Shown here: positions 11,107 through 24,753 of the stretch, one piece after another
Layout of the letters: the number at the start of each line of letters is the position of its first letter
Position numbering within the stretch: the stretch's first letter is position 1
Assembly: GCA_010405405.1 (NCBI GenBank)
Contig: MU004237.1
Location: 38,191-102,190, forward strand
Direction: 5' to 3'
DNA from: Microthyrium microscopicum
Taxonomy: Eukaryota
Length of the DNA: 64,000 nucleotides
Made by a program: the position numbers and the translations under genes
Notes under the pieces: generated by a model
Told to the model about the DNA's origin: nothing
Databases searched by the model: none
What the model saw: only the letters and a program-made list of their open reading frames with translations

Positions 11107-13547
11107 CTAATCCTCCTCTTCTTTATCTTCCTCTTTATTATCCTCTTCTACTAGCTCTTCTTCTAATTAAGATAATTCTACTAGTCTATTATAAAGCTCT
11201 TCCTAGCTTAATAATTGCTAGCTTTTTAATAGTAAAATACGTTTACTAGTTAAAGCTTCTAGCTTATTTCTCTTTTTAGTAATTATATCTCCTCCTATAC
11301 TAAATATACTTTTAATACTAGTAGAAGTAGTAGGAATAGCTAGCTATTTTACTACTAAGTAATATAATATTAGCTACTTTTGTCTATTTTCTTTCTAGAA
11401 TTCTAGAGGGTATATATTAGGATTAGTAAGCCCTTCTTTAAAATACTAAATATATTTAGTAGTACTTTCCTAATTAGGTAAAGTAGCTCTAGCTCTATTA
11501 CCTAAAAAGAGGTTCCTATCTAAATTATTCTCTAGTTTATTAGTAGAACTAGGTTGTAGTACTAAAGTAGTAGTATTTTAGTTAAGAAGATTTAATTTAA
11601 TTAATTTCTCCTTAGCTAAATCATACTCTATTTTAAATATTCTATTAATATTATTTAATACGTTAGGATAAAAGCATAGAATACTGCTATAATTAGTATT
11701 AAAGTGTGCTAATTTATGTCTAGGATCTAGTAGAATTCTTATTATATAAGGTTTTATTTTAGTTAATTAAGTAGATGTAGATATATTCCTTTTATAATAT
11801 TTATCTAACTTATTAATAGCTAGATTTATAGCTTTAATAAAAAACTTCTTTTCTTTATAACTAGATAAAGGATCTAAATTATCTTTTATTAAATACTTCT
11901 TCTCTTCTAGCTACTAAAATAATTAGTAAATATATAATAAAGTCTAATTAATTATACTATAAATTTAACCTTATAGCTTAGTAGAAGGATAAATAAAGTA
12001 ATTTAATATATCTCTTAAAGTAACTAATGCGTGCTAATCGCTATTAGTTAATAATAATCAATTTCTAAACTTTTACTTAGTTATATTATTAAAAATATAT
12101 AAAATATATTTTTTAAAAAGAATAAAAGAATTAAGAGTATAATAAGTAGAATTCTATCTAGTATTATTATCTAAAGCTACTTTATTAATCTTAGTAGTAC
12201 TAGGAATCTTACTATTATGATAGTAAATATATAGATTAGTAATAAATAATTTTTTATAAACTCCTACGTATTTAATAGAAGTAATAATTCTTCTTACTTT
12301 CTATATTAAACCTAAAGGCTTAGTACTATCTTTACTTTCTATATTATCTTCTTTATTATTATTATCTTCTAAATTTAATAGCGTATTAATATAAGCTATT
12401 AAATTAACTTCTATATTATAAGAAGCTAGAAAACGTTTTAATACTTCTTTTACTACTAAATTAATAATATAAGTAGCATAATAAATATTATAAAAACTTA
12501 TAGAATCTTTAGAAAACGCTTTAAGTTTTAATTAATTTACTAGAGTATTATTATTACTAGTATTATCTCTAGTAATACTAATAATATTTAAAATATCTAG
12601 ACTATAATTAATTAAATAAGTATTAAATACTTAAGAAATATAAACACTAGTATAGCTTTTAGTTAACTCTTTAAATCCTATTAACTTATATTGTAATTTT
12701 GTATTATTATTAATATATATTAATATTATACCTAAAAAGGTAGTTTAATTACTAGCTATCTAAATATCTAGAGTAATAGAGAAGTAATTTCTATTTTTTA
12801 TTACTTGTTTAACTTCTAATCTAAATATTTTAAGAGAGTCGTTAAACGTTTTATCTAATAGCTTTCTAACGTTATTATGATTAGCTTTAGGGGTATTATA
12901 ATTATAATATTCTAATAAGTCTCTAAAAGATTAAGAATCTAAGATATTAAAAGATAGATTATTATCTATAATAAAAGCTAGAATTAAGTATAGAGCTTCT
13001 TCTTATAAAAACTTATAATTAGTACTAGATTTTATACATTTTCTAGTATCTAGACTACTAGCTACTCTAGTAAATAGAGAAATAATAGAAATATTTAGAT
13101 TATTAATAGAGCTAGCAATTAATACTTATTCTATATTATAATCTTCTATAGTCTGCTTAGTATTATGTTCTTCTTATCTAGTAGCTATAGCAGGATAATG
13201 TCTTCTATAATATATAGCAGAATTAGAAGTTAAAAAATCCTTAAAAGGAACAATTTTTTTATAATTAGACTTGCAAATAGAATAAGTTAATTTAAACTCT
13301 CTAGGTTTATTAAAATTAATAGGTAATAGTTCTCTAGTAAATAAATTATATTTAAAGTATAAGCAGCACTAGGGCTACTATCTTTTAATCTAAAAGTAGA
13401 TTTATTATATTTATTACTCCTATGTTTATTTAATCTAATAGTAACTTAAGAAGTACTATTAGAAAGACCTATACTAGTATCTAAATTAGATAGTTAGCTA
13501 GTAGGCTAGGTATTAGGTAAATTAAGATTAGAATTATTATTATTCAT
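11107..13547 (-). pseudogene. hAT transposase, RIP-inactivated
   Basis: The minus-strand translation shows a BED-finger-like segment (~13190-13380). The first catalytic region reads SITLDI*IASN*TTFLGI...FKELTKSYTS (~12650-12785). The hATC dimerisation motif LAIPTTSTSIKSIFSIGGDIITKKRNKL (~11260-11345) precedes an acidic tail ending in TAG at 11107. Candidate ATG at 13547. Confidence 0.88.
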
Positions 13548-14520
13548 TTCTAAATTATTAATATTACTTATTTTATATATTAAAAAGAGAATATAAATCT
13601 AGGTACTTCTTTAATTTCTAGATTAAAATCTAGAGCTAGATAAGGAATTCTAAATTAAAAGATCTATTAGAAATATACAAAAGTAGATAGTATAAATTTT
13701 ACTAGTCTTAAATAGTATAACTAAGTAAGAAGTAAATAAAAACAAAAAAGAAATATTTTTTTACTATTTTTTTTTTTTTAGTTTTTTAATATAAATCTAT
13801 ATAGAATATAGAAAGATATAATATAATAACTCTAGTAAACTAGAGAATACTATAAAGATAGATTAAGATAATAAAGAGTCTATAAAATAGCTAATAAATA
13901 ACTAAGTTATAGAAAACTTAAGTAGAAATTAAGAAATAAAAACTATATTATAGAATAATAATAGCTTTTAAACTTTATTTTAGCTAAATAATAAAGAATA
14001 GTATATAGTATATACTATAAAGATAAATCTTAAATAGAATAAAGAAATATTAGAGAAAATATAAATATAATCTCTAATAAAAATAGTAATAAACTAAATT
14101 ATAAAAGTTAGTAAAATATTTCTAAAATATAAGTAAATAACTTACTACTAATAGTAATACTAAAAGTATAAAGTAGAAATACTACTAGAAAAGAAGCCTA
14201 AATTAAATATTAGAATATAGTAAAAAAAGTAAAAAAAAGTAAAAAAAAATAAAAATAAACTTACTAAAAAAAGCTATAAAAAGCTTTAAAAAAGTGTTTT
14301 CTATACTTCTAAAAATAGAAATAAAAAGTAGAGACTACTTAGTAATATACTAAATAACTAAAAAAAAAGTTAGTTAAAAAAAGTAAAAAAAGTAAAAAAA
14401 ACTTACTAGAAAAACCTATAAAAAAAGTAGGAATATATACCCTAAAAGAGTAATAATATATAAACTAGTTAAGAGTAATAGTACTTTAGAATATATTTCT
14501 AAAAAGTAATTTTTTTATAA

Positions 14521-14695
14521 AATTTAAGAAAGAAGAATTAAAAAAGAGGAAAGAGCACCTTATATAGAGATTTTAGATTAGATTAACTATAATCTAGCTT
14601 AGAATATAGTTAAACTAATTAAAATATAGTTAGTCTAATCTAAAATCTCTATATAAGTTACTCTTTCCTCTCTTTTAATTCTTCTTTCTTAAATT
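14521..14695. repeat. Long inverted repeat (71-bp arms, 33-bp spacer); possible mirrored bidirectional core promoter
   Basis: Arms 14521-14591 and 14625-14695 differ at ~4 positions. Each arm contains TATATAAG followed outward by a CT-rich tract. Confidence 0.9.
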
Positions 14696-14779
14696 ATTAA
14701 AGTTTTATCTTTTTAGTTTCTAGCTATAGCTAGTATCTAAAAGATATTATTTTTATATCCTTTTTTCCTCCTCTTTCTA

Positions 14780-15010
14780 GCTATAGTCTTCGTCTAGCCT
14801 ATCTTAGCCTAGTTCGTAAGTTATTTTAATTTTTATAAAGATTTTTTTATTTTTTACTTTTATTAACTTTTTAAATTAGAATACCTTAGCTAGACCCCTA
14901 CGCAATAGAACCTATTAGTAAGTAACTAAACCCTTTATATAACTAATACTAATATTAATAGAGCGTTCTTTCTTACGTAAGTAGTTTACTAAAGCTTAAA
15001 GATTTTAAGT
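14780..15010 (+). pseudogene. 5' part of a second, intron-rich relic gene inside the hAT element
   Basis: Well-formed introns GTAAGT..TAG at 14816-14879 and 14918-14961 (ACTAAT branch site) with short exons. Interrupted by the Gypsy insertion. Confidence 0.45.
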
Positions 15011-15233
15011 TATAAGGAGCTAATAGGCGTAATAGGCAAGTAGAAAGTAGCTAGTATTGTAGGATCTAAGTATGGAGAGAAGAGATCTAGAGATATAGCT
15101 ATAAATATAAAGAAGTAGGAGCTTAGAATATCTTTAGACATACTAATCCTAAATGAGATAAAGAGATCTTATCTATAGGATTAGATCTTAGTATTTAAAT
15201 ACTATAATACTAAACTTATAAAGATTCCTTATA
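15011..15233 (-). repeat. 3' LTR of the Gypsy element
   Basis: 223 bp with termini TATAAGGA...TCCTTATA (consistent with RIP'd TG..CA). Colinear with 22507-22729. Confidence 0.95.
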
Positions 15234-15559
15234 TAACTCCCTTCCTCTAAAATAGACCTTATAGGCTATATCTTAATCTAATTTATTCTAGTCTAGTCTA
15301 GGCTAATCTAGGCTAGGCTAGGCTAGTCTATATAAATGCAAAACTCCTTTATATATATTACTACTAAGAAATATAGTAATATACTATCTACTTACCTTAG
15401 TACTATTTAAATCTATTTAATAAAGAAGAAGATATCTATTTAAGCTAGTTCGTAGTATTTTATAATCCTTTTAGTAGCATAAATTAAAAACTAAACTAGG
15501 GGTATAATACTATTAATAAAAATAAATAAATATAATGCTTTTTATACTATATAATCCTA

Positions 15560-18500
15560 ATCTATAAGTAGTTTATTAGTATTATAATCTTCTTCTTTAA
15601 CTTTATTTGCTAGTAGGAACTAAGAAGGATATAGACTAGGCTTCTAAGAATAAAGCCTATAGAATTCTAATATAGCATTAGGTATATTAATAATATCCTT
15701 CTAAAGCTACTAAGTTTTATTATAAAATCCTATTTATTTAATCTTATATTTAAGTATCTTATTCTTACTCCTACTATCCTATTTACTATTAATAATAGTA
15801 TTAATAAGCTATTCTTTTTTGCTTTCTTTTTTACTAATAACTACTAAAGGTAAGTTTAATTTTTATAATAAGTATATATTATTATTAATTAGATATAGTA
15901 GCTAGGCGTAAAATACTAAGTATATCTTTATTAATTTAGGAAGATTTAATTTATAGGTTACTTTATTAATCTTACGTAATACCTTAAAGGAACTAGCGCT
16001 TTTATTATTAAGTATTTTTAAAGAGTAAGTTATATTATAATTTTAAATATTAAGTTATACCTAGTCCTTAAGATAGAGATCTAGTACTAGACGTTAATAC
16101 TTATTAGTATAGAGCTTTTATTAAGCCTAAGCCTATACTAATTACTTCTTTAAGAACTTATAAAGCTTCTCTTAACTATTCTATACTTAATTAGTAGTAA
16201 TAACTTCTTTACGCGCTATAATAGAAGTATATAATACTTTAAGTAGTAAATAGTAAGTAGACTTAAGTTCTAATTTTAGTAGAAAACTATTTTATGCCTT
16301 AAAAGGTACGAAACTAATAGTAGTACTTATAATAGAATTTACTATAAATTTAGTAAATAGTAATAAGACTACCTAATTATCTTAATCCTAATTAATAAAG
16401 GATCTAAAATACTATTTTAAGGTAGTAATAGTTATTTTAGTAATACTATTAGACTCTAGATACTATGTAGTACTTAATCTTAATATAATACTTATATATT
16501 TATATAGGTAACCCTAAAAGGTAGATATAAATTAAGTTCCTTAATCTAAAAGGATAAAGTCTAGCTAACTATATAACTTCTATACTTAATTAATAAATAC
16601 TATAACTATTATTTCTACTAAAAGACTTAGAAGGATAATAAACTATTATAATTATATTAAATAATTAATAATAACTATAATATGCTAGTAAACTATATCC
16701 TAATAAGTATAGTATAGTAGTAAAATAATAAAGTCTATAGAGATATTAGACTAGGCCTAATCTAGTAGAAGAAATAAGTAAAAGAGCCCTTACTTCTTTT
16801 AGTATACTAGCTTTAAAAAGATATAGTAATAACCTTTAATATATTTCTTAATATATTTTAATATTCTTAGCTATTAGTAATCTTATTAAAAGTAGTAGTA
16901 AGTCGTTATAGTTCCTTTATAGCTTATAACTTTATATTAATATGCCTATTTTATTACTTTATTTTATAAATACGTTATTAGTATAAATAACTTTTATTAA
17001 TAAAAGATAGTACTATTTAGTAGAGCCTTATAATTTATTAATTTAATTTAATCTTAATCTAATACTCTAAAGGATAAGAAGTAGTCTTTTTATACCTTTA
17101 CTAGTTAAATTATAATTAGTAACTTATCTTTCTTACTTACCTTTATTACTTTCTATATAAACTACTCTAGGTTAAAATCTAGGGATTTAGTATTAACTAG
17201 TAATAAATTATCTAAACTAGCTAGAGCTCTATTTTAAGAGCTCTTTATAATAGGTTCTAAATTAGACTCCCTTACTATAGTAATATCTAGCTTATTTAAC
17301 GTAAGTATAGCTATTTATATAAAGAATAAAGTAATTAAGTTAATAAGGATTATAGCTAGCTTAATAGCTTGTTTAGTACTAAATTAATATAGGAATAAGA
17401 GTAGTTAATACTATTACTTAACCTATAGGTTTTTATTACTTTATAGTATGTCTTATAATCTTTAGGTTAAAGCATTAGCTTTACTATTATCTTTACTAGA
17501 GCGATATTTAATTAAAAAGTAGAATTATAATAGGAATTTAGCCTAGCGTATTTAATAGTATATAAGCTTCTTAGTCTTTATAAAGGTTTAAAAATTCTAA
17601 TAATCTAAGAATACTTTTATAATATCTTTAGTACTAAATAACTTAAGTTTCTACTCCTTAAAGGCGTAGATAATAGTAAGTAGTTCTTTATTATAAATAT
17701 TATAATTATATTTCGCTAGTAATATTTTCTTAGAGAAGAAGATAACTAGTCTTAGATTACTATTTGTATCTTTTTATAATAATATAGTAGCGTAAGCTTA
17801 ATTTAATATATCTATTTCTATCTAAGTTTCTTTAGTATAATTAAAGTATTATAGAATTAGTATATTAATAAAGTCTACTTTTAGCTTCTTAAAAGCTTAT
17901 TTCTTAAGCTTATTAGGGTCTTAAAGGAATATAGCTAGAGTATTCTTCTAAGTAAGATTTATTAATAGTACTACTATAGTAGAGTAATTAAAGATAAATT
18001 ATTAGTAGAAGTTAGTAAATCTAAGGAACGCTTATATATTCTTAAGATAACTTAGTTATTCCTAGTTAACTATAGTATTAATCTTTAAGAAGTCTATCTT
18101 AATATCTTCTATAGTAATAATTAGACTAAGGTATTTTACCTCTTAGATAGTAAACTTTAACTTCTTAATATTAAGGAATAAGCCTATATATTTTAATACG
18201 TCTAGTACTAAATATATATAGGTATTATATTCTTCTAGTATTTTACTAAATACTAGAATATTATCTAAATAAATAGTTATAAAATTATTTAAAAACTATA
18301 TTAGCGTATAATTAATATATGCTTAAAATGTCTTTAGTTTCTTTATAAAGCTAAAGAATAATACTTTAAACTTAAATAGGCTATAGTATATTAAGAATAC
18401 TATCTTATATTTATTTTTAGGTTTAATATAGATACGTTTAAAGGTAATAATAACGTTAAACTTAAAGTAATACTTTACTTTTATAAGGCGTATAAGCATT

Positions 18501-19900
18501 TTACTAATAAGTAATAGGATATTACTATTTTTAATAGTAATATTATTTAACTTATAGTAATTAATATAGACGTAGATACCTTCTTTTAGCTTACTTATAT
18601 AAAGTATAAGTATAGTATATTAAGATTTTAAACCTATAGCAAAACTATACTAGAGTAGACTCTTAATATATTATTTAATAACTAAGGCTTATTTTAGTAA
18701 TATTAATATAGGTTAGCGTTTTAGAATTTTAGTATTAGGAATAAGGTTAATAATATAGTTATATTTACTATAGTAAAGCATAAGGATATTTAAACGCTTT
18801 AGATTAAAGACTTTAAAATATTAGTAGAAATATTCTAGGATAAGTTTTAAGATCTTCTTTTTTAATAGGTAAGAATAATCTTACTTATCTTACTATTTAA
18901 GATAATTTTCTTTTAATATAGTATATATAGTAAGGTTTATAGTAAATTTATTATTATTATCTTTATTACTATTAAGAGGTTTCTTTTCTTTTTTATTATT
19001 AAAATCTTTAGGCTAGAATATATTAACTATAGTATCTTTATACTTTATTAGTTTCTTAAATACTACTATAAATATAAAAGTAATATCTAATTCTTTAGAT
19101 AATTCTAAGTTTATAGATTATTCTTTTAGGTCTATAGTAATTAAGTATTATGATATAATATAATTTATAATATATCTTATACTATAGAAAGTTAATATTC
19201 TTAAACTTCTATATAGGTTAACTTTATATTAATCTAGCTAGGGTGCTCTTAGAATTAGATTATAAGAAGCTACTTTTATAACAAAATAGCTAATTTACTT
19301 AACGTAGTATTTAATACGTAGATTAAGGATAGTAGCTTTATTAACTATAGATATTAACTTACTATTAGTAAGTATTACTAAGTATAGATATATAAGTTAA
19401 AAAGTAGGAATACTATATTATTAAAGATAATAAGAGTTAATAATTCTTATTATACTACTACTAGTATTAATTAAAATACTAACGTTAGAGTAAGTTAAAC
19501 GCTATAGTATAAATACTAAGCTAATAGTAGTTTATTATAATCTAATAATAGGATCTTTTTTTTTAATATCTTAAAGCTATACTACTAATATAATAAAGGC
19601 TAGTAAGATATAGATAGCGTATAAATATACTAGAGAAATATATTCCTTATGAATAGCATCTCTATACTTAAGGTATTAAATATACTAGTAAAAGTAACTA
19701 AGTATCTTCTTAGTCTTCTCTTAAGCTTTTTCTTTAATATTCTTATAGTCTTCTTCTACTTAATAAAATATCTTCTTAGCTTTTTTAGTATTTTAGCGCT
19801 ATTCCTTATTATATTAATGAAATATTTCCTTTACGTACTTAGTTATAGTATTAAAGGTATATTTCTTTCTTTTATTATACGTTTTAGTTTTATTTAGCTC
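15560..19900 (-). pseudogene. Gypsy pol (protease, RT, RNase H, integrase, chromodomain), RIP-inactivated; ends approximate
   Basis: Minus-strand relic motifs: ILINTSSS (D-T-G protease, ~19470), IYLDNILVFSK (YLDD, ~18265), NYNIYNKELLTIIYAFKE* (RNase H, ~17680), RLSTT*YLESNSIT (integrase, ~16460) and YKIK*IGFYNKT** (chromodomain, ~15730). Confidence 0.9.
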
Positions 19901-22100
19901 CTCTTTATAGCTTAGTAAAGAAGCGTCTAGTTTAAAGACTAATAGTTATTATCTTTAGTAGTATTCTTTATAAAGGGTTACTATTCTTTTTAAACTTTTA
20001 TAAATATTACTACTAAAGGTATAACTAAGGCTTTAATCTTATTATTAGATAAGGGTTCTTAATCTTTATATAGAGTAGTCTTATTAAAGTAGTAGTAATC
20101 CTTTTAACTATAATAAACGTAACGTTTATCTATTTTTAAGGCGTTAAAGACGTCTATAGAATAGTTAATGTTACTAATTTTATTATTTTAGGCCCTCTTA
20201 TTAGTAGACTAATTATTATTATAGCTATAAGAGTTATTATTTATAGCTATAGGCTTATAGTTAATTTAGTATATAACTAGGTAAAGTTAAGTACAAAATA
20301 TAGTAAAGCTACTAAAATGCTAGCCTACTAGTAAGTTTATAAACTTATAATTAATAAGATCTTATAATTTAATAATCTTCTTATACTTAGATAGTTCTAT
20401 ATTTACTAAATTTATTAAGAAGTAGCTAATAAAGGCTTAAAGACCTTTTATATCTTTTATTTTAGTATTTAAGGACTTTAACTATGCCTTAGTATTCTTA
20501 AAAGCGTTCTTAGAGTAATAATATCTATCTAAGTCTACTTATATTTTTTCTATAGTACTATAAAGGTTCTTTAACTTATAATTTTTATATATAACTATAA
20601 TACTATAAATAGGGCTAGTATAATAGATATAAATAAACTTAATTTTCTTCTTTTTAGTAAGAACGTAAAGATATATATTTTTATTAAGAAGTATATTTAA
20701 TATTTTCTCTTTCTACTATTTATAGTACGTAGGTTTACTTTTAAAATTACTAGGTTCTTTAAACTTTATAAGTATTATTAAGAAGCTACTATTAGCTACT
20801 AATAATAGTAAGATATAGCGTATTCCTTAGGCTTAAAGCTATAAGTATAAAACTACTAGATATATTACTTATAGTATAGAGTAACTTAAAAAAATATTAT
20901 TTTTTAAATTATCTAGGTTAATATAGACTTAGTTTAAATTTATCTAAAGTCTATCCTTAAGTTCTTAGATTTAGTAGTAAAGATTAATAACTAACTTATA
21001 ATATTATAGATTAGTATTATGCTTCTTTACTAATTTAGTAAGAGTAGCTTATTTATTTAAATAAGTAGTAATTAGCGCTAACTTATAATTATAGTAGATT
21101 TAGTTAATAAGCGCTTTAAGATTTATTATTATCTACTAATAAGTAGCTACTTCTTCTTATAGTACGTCTATTAATTTACTTAATTAATCTACTTCTATAT
21201 TAGTATCTATAAGTTCTTTTACTAGCTAATCTTAAAATTTTTAAGTAGACTAGTAATATAATACTATAGTTTAATTAATTACTAATATAGTATATAGTTA
21301 TTTAAAGAATTAATCTTCTTCTATAAACTTAATATATTAATCTAGATGCTTACTATTAGATATTAATATATAATATTTCTAGAGAGTAATAGAATTATTA
21401 GAATTATCTTAAAGAACTACTAATATTTACTTCCTTACCTTTAGTTTTACTCTATATAATATCTATATAAATAAAGGCTTTATACTAGTAAGTAAGATAA
21501 CTTTACTATTAAGGTCTACTAGTTCTAAAGGTAGGTAAAATAGAAATAATATAGAAACGTTATAAGATTCTTTTTTACGTACTAGCAATTCTAACTAGTA
21601 CTAGATATTAATAGGTAATCTTACTTTTAATACGTCTTTATCTAGTAGACTACTAATAATAGTACTAGAAGTTAATACCTCTTTACCTTTTAATCCTAGC
21701 TCTTTTATTATACTTACTAACGTAATAGATACTATAGTTAATAGTTTAGTAATAATCTTATAAGGTTATTAAATATTAATACTAACTTAAGTATTCTAAC
21801 GAAGGAATTCTTTATCTTTATTATCTAAAGCTACTTTAGGTAATAAAGGTAACTTTTTAATAGATTTAACTATTAGAATACTCTCTTACTATAGCGTTAA
21901 TATAATAGTAGACTATTAATTAGTTCCTATATTTAGAATAACTAGCTTCTTAGTAAAGTAGCTATTTCTACTATAGTAGGGTGAAACTAAATAGCTTTAA
22001 ATACTAACGCTACTACGTTTATAGGTAATATAAGAGTTACTTAAGGATACTAGTTTAAGACTAAGAATAAGTAGCGCTTTACTTATAGTAATATATAGCT
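19900..22100 (-). pseudogene. Gypsy gag region, RIP-inactivated; ends approximate
   Basis: Lies between the 5' LTR and the protease. KRYVYYS*KDY at ~20100 can be de-RIP'd to a CxxCxxxxH zinc knuckle. Confidence 0.55.
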
Positions 22101-22506
22101 AAATAATATAGTATTTCTTAATAAATTAGAATTAATTTAATAGATTTAATAGATATAAATTAATAAAGAATAAGGTAAGTATAATTTATAGTTAGTAGAG
22201 AGGAAGTAGTATAAATACTTTTATAGATCTAAGAAGAATACTATAGGGTAAAGTTTAGGCCTCTAAGTAGTCTTTATTCTAGCAAATAATACTAAATTTA
22301 CGTTACTTTAGTTAGTATTTATAAATTTGCTAGTACCTTTAGTAACGCTAATCCTAATTAAAGATAGTATTGCTAAATATTAATTAGTTAAATCTATAGT
22401 ATAACTATAGTAATCTAATAGGAATTGTTAAACGCCTTTACGCGTTTATTAATAATATACAAAATATATGTAGAGTATAAAATTTAATATAGAGGTACTT
22501 AGATTA

Positions 22507-22729
22507 TATAAGGAGCTAATAAGCGCAATAGGTAAGTAGAAAGTAGCTAGTATTATAGGATCTAAGTACGAAGAGAAGAGATTTAGAGATATAGCTATAG
22601 ATATAAAGAAGTAGAAGCCTAAGATATCCTTAGACATACTAACCCTAAATAAGATAAAGAGATCTTATCTATAGGATTAGATCTTAGCATCTAAACACTA
22701 TAACACTAAACCTATAAGGATTCCTTATA
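22507..22729 (-). repeat. 5' LTR of the Gypsy element
   Basis: 223 bp, with ~21 transition-only differences from the other LTR. Confidence 0.95.
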
Positions 22730-22734
22730 TAAGT

Positions 22735-23790
22735 AGAGTTTTTAAGCTACTAAAATACCTTAATTTTAAACGAAAGAATAGCTAATCTTAAAATCTTTAT
22801 CCTAAAAAGGAATAGTGCTATTAATAGCCCTTATTTAGGCTATATAGTCTTCTTTATAGACGAATAGAAACTTAAATATACCTTTTTTAGTATTAAAAAC
22901 AACTTACTTTACTAAGGAATTAATCTTAATTATACTTTTACTATATATTACGCTCTAGAAGTACGTAAGATTAACATAAATTATACTTTCCTATATAATT
23001 AAGTAGATACTACTATACTTATTCTATCTACTACTATCTAGATTTAGACTAGTATAGGTTGTTAATAAATAATTAATATACTAGTATTAAGTATAAATTA
23101 GTTAGGGCTAAAATCAGCCTTTAAAAAGTAACTTAAAAGGTATCTAGAAGCTATAAAGTAAGTAATATTCCTTTATTTTATTAATTAATTAATTAATAAC
23201 TAATTATTAAATAGATCTCCTCTAAGCCCTAGTTATAAACTATCTTCTCCTTCTACTAGTGCTTTTTAATTTAGGATCCTAAGGTAAGTTATATTCTATT
23301 ATTTTATTAATTAATATCTAATAAATAATAGTTGTCTTAAAAGCTCTATTTTTAGACCCTAAGAAACAACTGTTTAAGAAGCTCTTTATATACTTACTAA
23401 AAAGTATTTAGCCTAAAAAGCTACTAAAAAAGAAGCTATAAAAGCTAAAAGAGTAGCTTTTAGAGCTAAATTATAATAAAAGCACTTAGATAAAGTAGCA
23501 AACGATTAGGCTATTAAAAAGACTAAAAAAGTAGCTACTACTATTAAGTATGCAGCTTATATTATAAGTTACTAATTATTATTAATTTTAATACTTTAGC
23601 TAATTTCTTTTAGGTAGAAAAATAGGCTTTAGCAAAGCTAAAACTAGTAGCTTTTAAAATAGCTCTAGATGGTTATATTTCTAAATTAGGAAATACTTCT
23701 TATCTTAGCGCTAGTTTTATTACTACTATTAATAAAGAAGATAAAGTAGACTTTAAATAGGAAGATTTAGATATTATAGATTAGTAGTTC
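22735..23790 (+). pseudogene. 3' part of the second intron-rich relic gene inside the hAT element
   Basis: Introns 23158-23214 (GTAAGT..ACTAAT..TAG), 23284-23331 (GTAAGT..CTAAT..TAG) and 23548-23613 (GTATGC..GCTAAT..TAG). The exon between 23332 and 23547 is K/A/E-rich. Confidence 0.5.
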
Positions 23791-24753
23791 TTATTTTTAG
23801 TTTTTGTTTTTACGTCTATACTTATTTAGTTTTTCTTTTATACTAAAATAAAGGGGAAAGATAGCTTAGAAAATATAGTATTTTTTTCTAATTATAATAT
23901 ATATCTTTTTATATCTTATCTTTTAGTTATAGATATAATATTTATTAAAGTTTAAAGTTAGATTAAAGATTAAATATAATATTATAAAACGTAGATAAGA
24001 AAATCTAAATAGGCTATCTTATAGAGCATAGCTTATACTATAAGTTAGTACTTTTATTAGATATAATAACTTAGTAATAACTACTATTACTAAATAATTA
24101 AAAATATAAATAAATATTTCTATTATATATAATACTTATAACTAATATTTAGACTAGTAATTAAGTCTATAGTAATCTTAAGCTAATATATACTATAGTA
24201 GTATATATATATTCTATATATTATATAGAATTTAATATAATATCTAAGTAAATATATTTCTTTTACTTAAAGTATTAAATACTATTATAAATATTAAGTT
24301 ATAAGCTAAAACTAATCTATTACCTTAAAGAATATAGTTAGTTTAGTATAATATATCTTAAACTATTTCTTATTATATTATAGTTAGTATTATATAAAAT
24401 TAAATCTAAGATTTTAAATTTATTATATTATTTTAGAAAACTAATTATAACGCTATAACTAGTAGTATTTAAGAAAAACTAAAACTAGATCTAAAATCTC
24501 CTAGTCTAGAGCTATCAAATAATATAAAAATTATCCTAAAATAAATATATTTAAATTATAATAAGTATTATCTAGTTTAACTAGTATACTTAATTTAATA
24601 CTAGTATTTACTAGATTTATATAATTACATACTAGTACTAGATTAGACTAGTTTTTACTAAAACTAGATACTAGTAAAACTAGATTTAGTCTAAAAAATC
24701 TTATACTAGATACTAGACTAGATTAGATTTACTAGATACTAGACTAGATAAAA

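Larger units (their letters stand above)
15011..22729 (-). mobile_element. Full-length Ty3/Gypsy LTR retrotransposon (chromovirus), RIP-inactivated
   Basis: Two 223-bp LTRs and a 5-bp TSD TAAGT (15006-15010, 22730-22734). PPT lies next to the left LTR on the minus strand (~15236-15250). Domain order is gag-PR-RT-RNaseH-IN-chromodomain. Confidence 0.95.

Noticed and set aside
19649..19897. 82-aa hydrophobic ORF on the + strand
   Set aside because: Antisense to the RIP'd Gypsy gag-pol; an artefact of AT-rich composition.
22449..22637. 62-aa ORF overlapping the 5' LTR
   Set aside because: A chance ORF within RIP'd LTR sequence.
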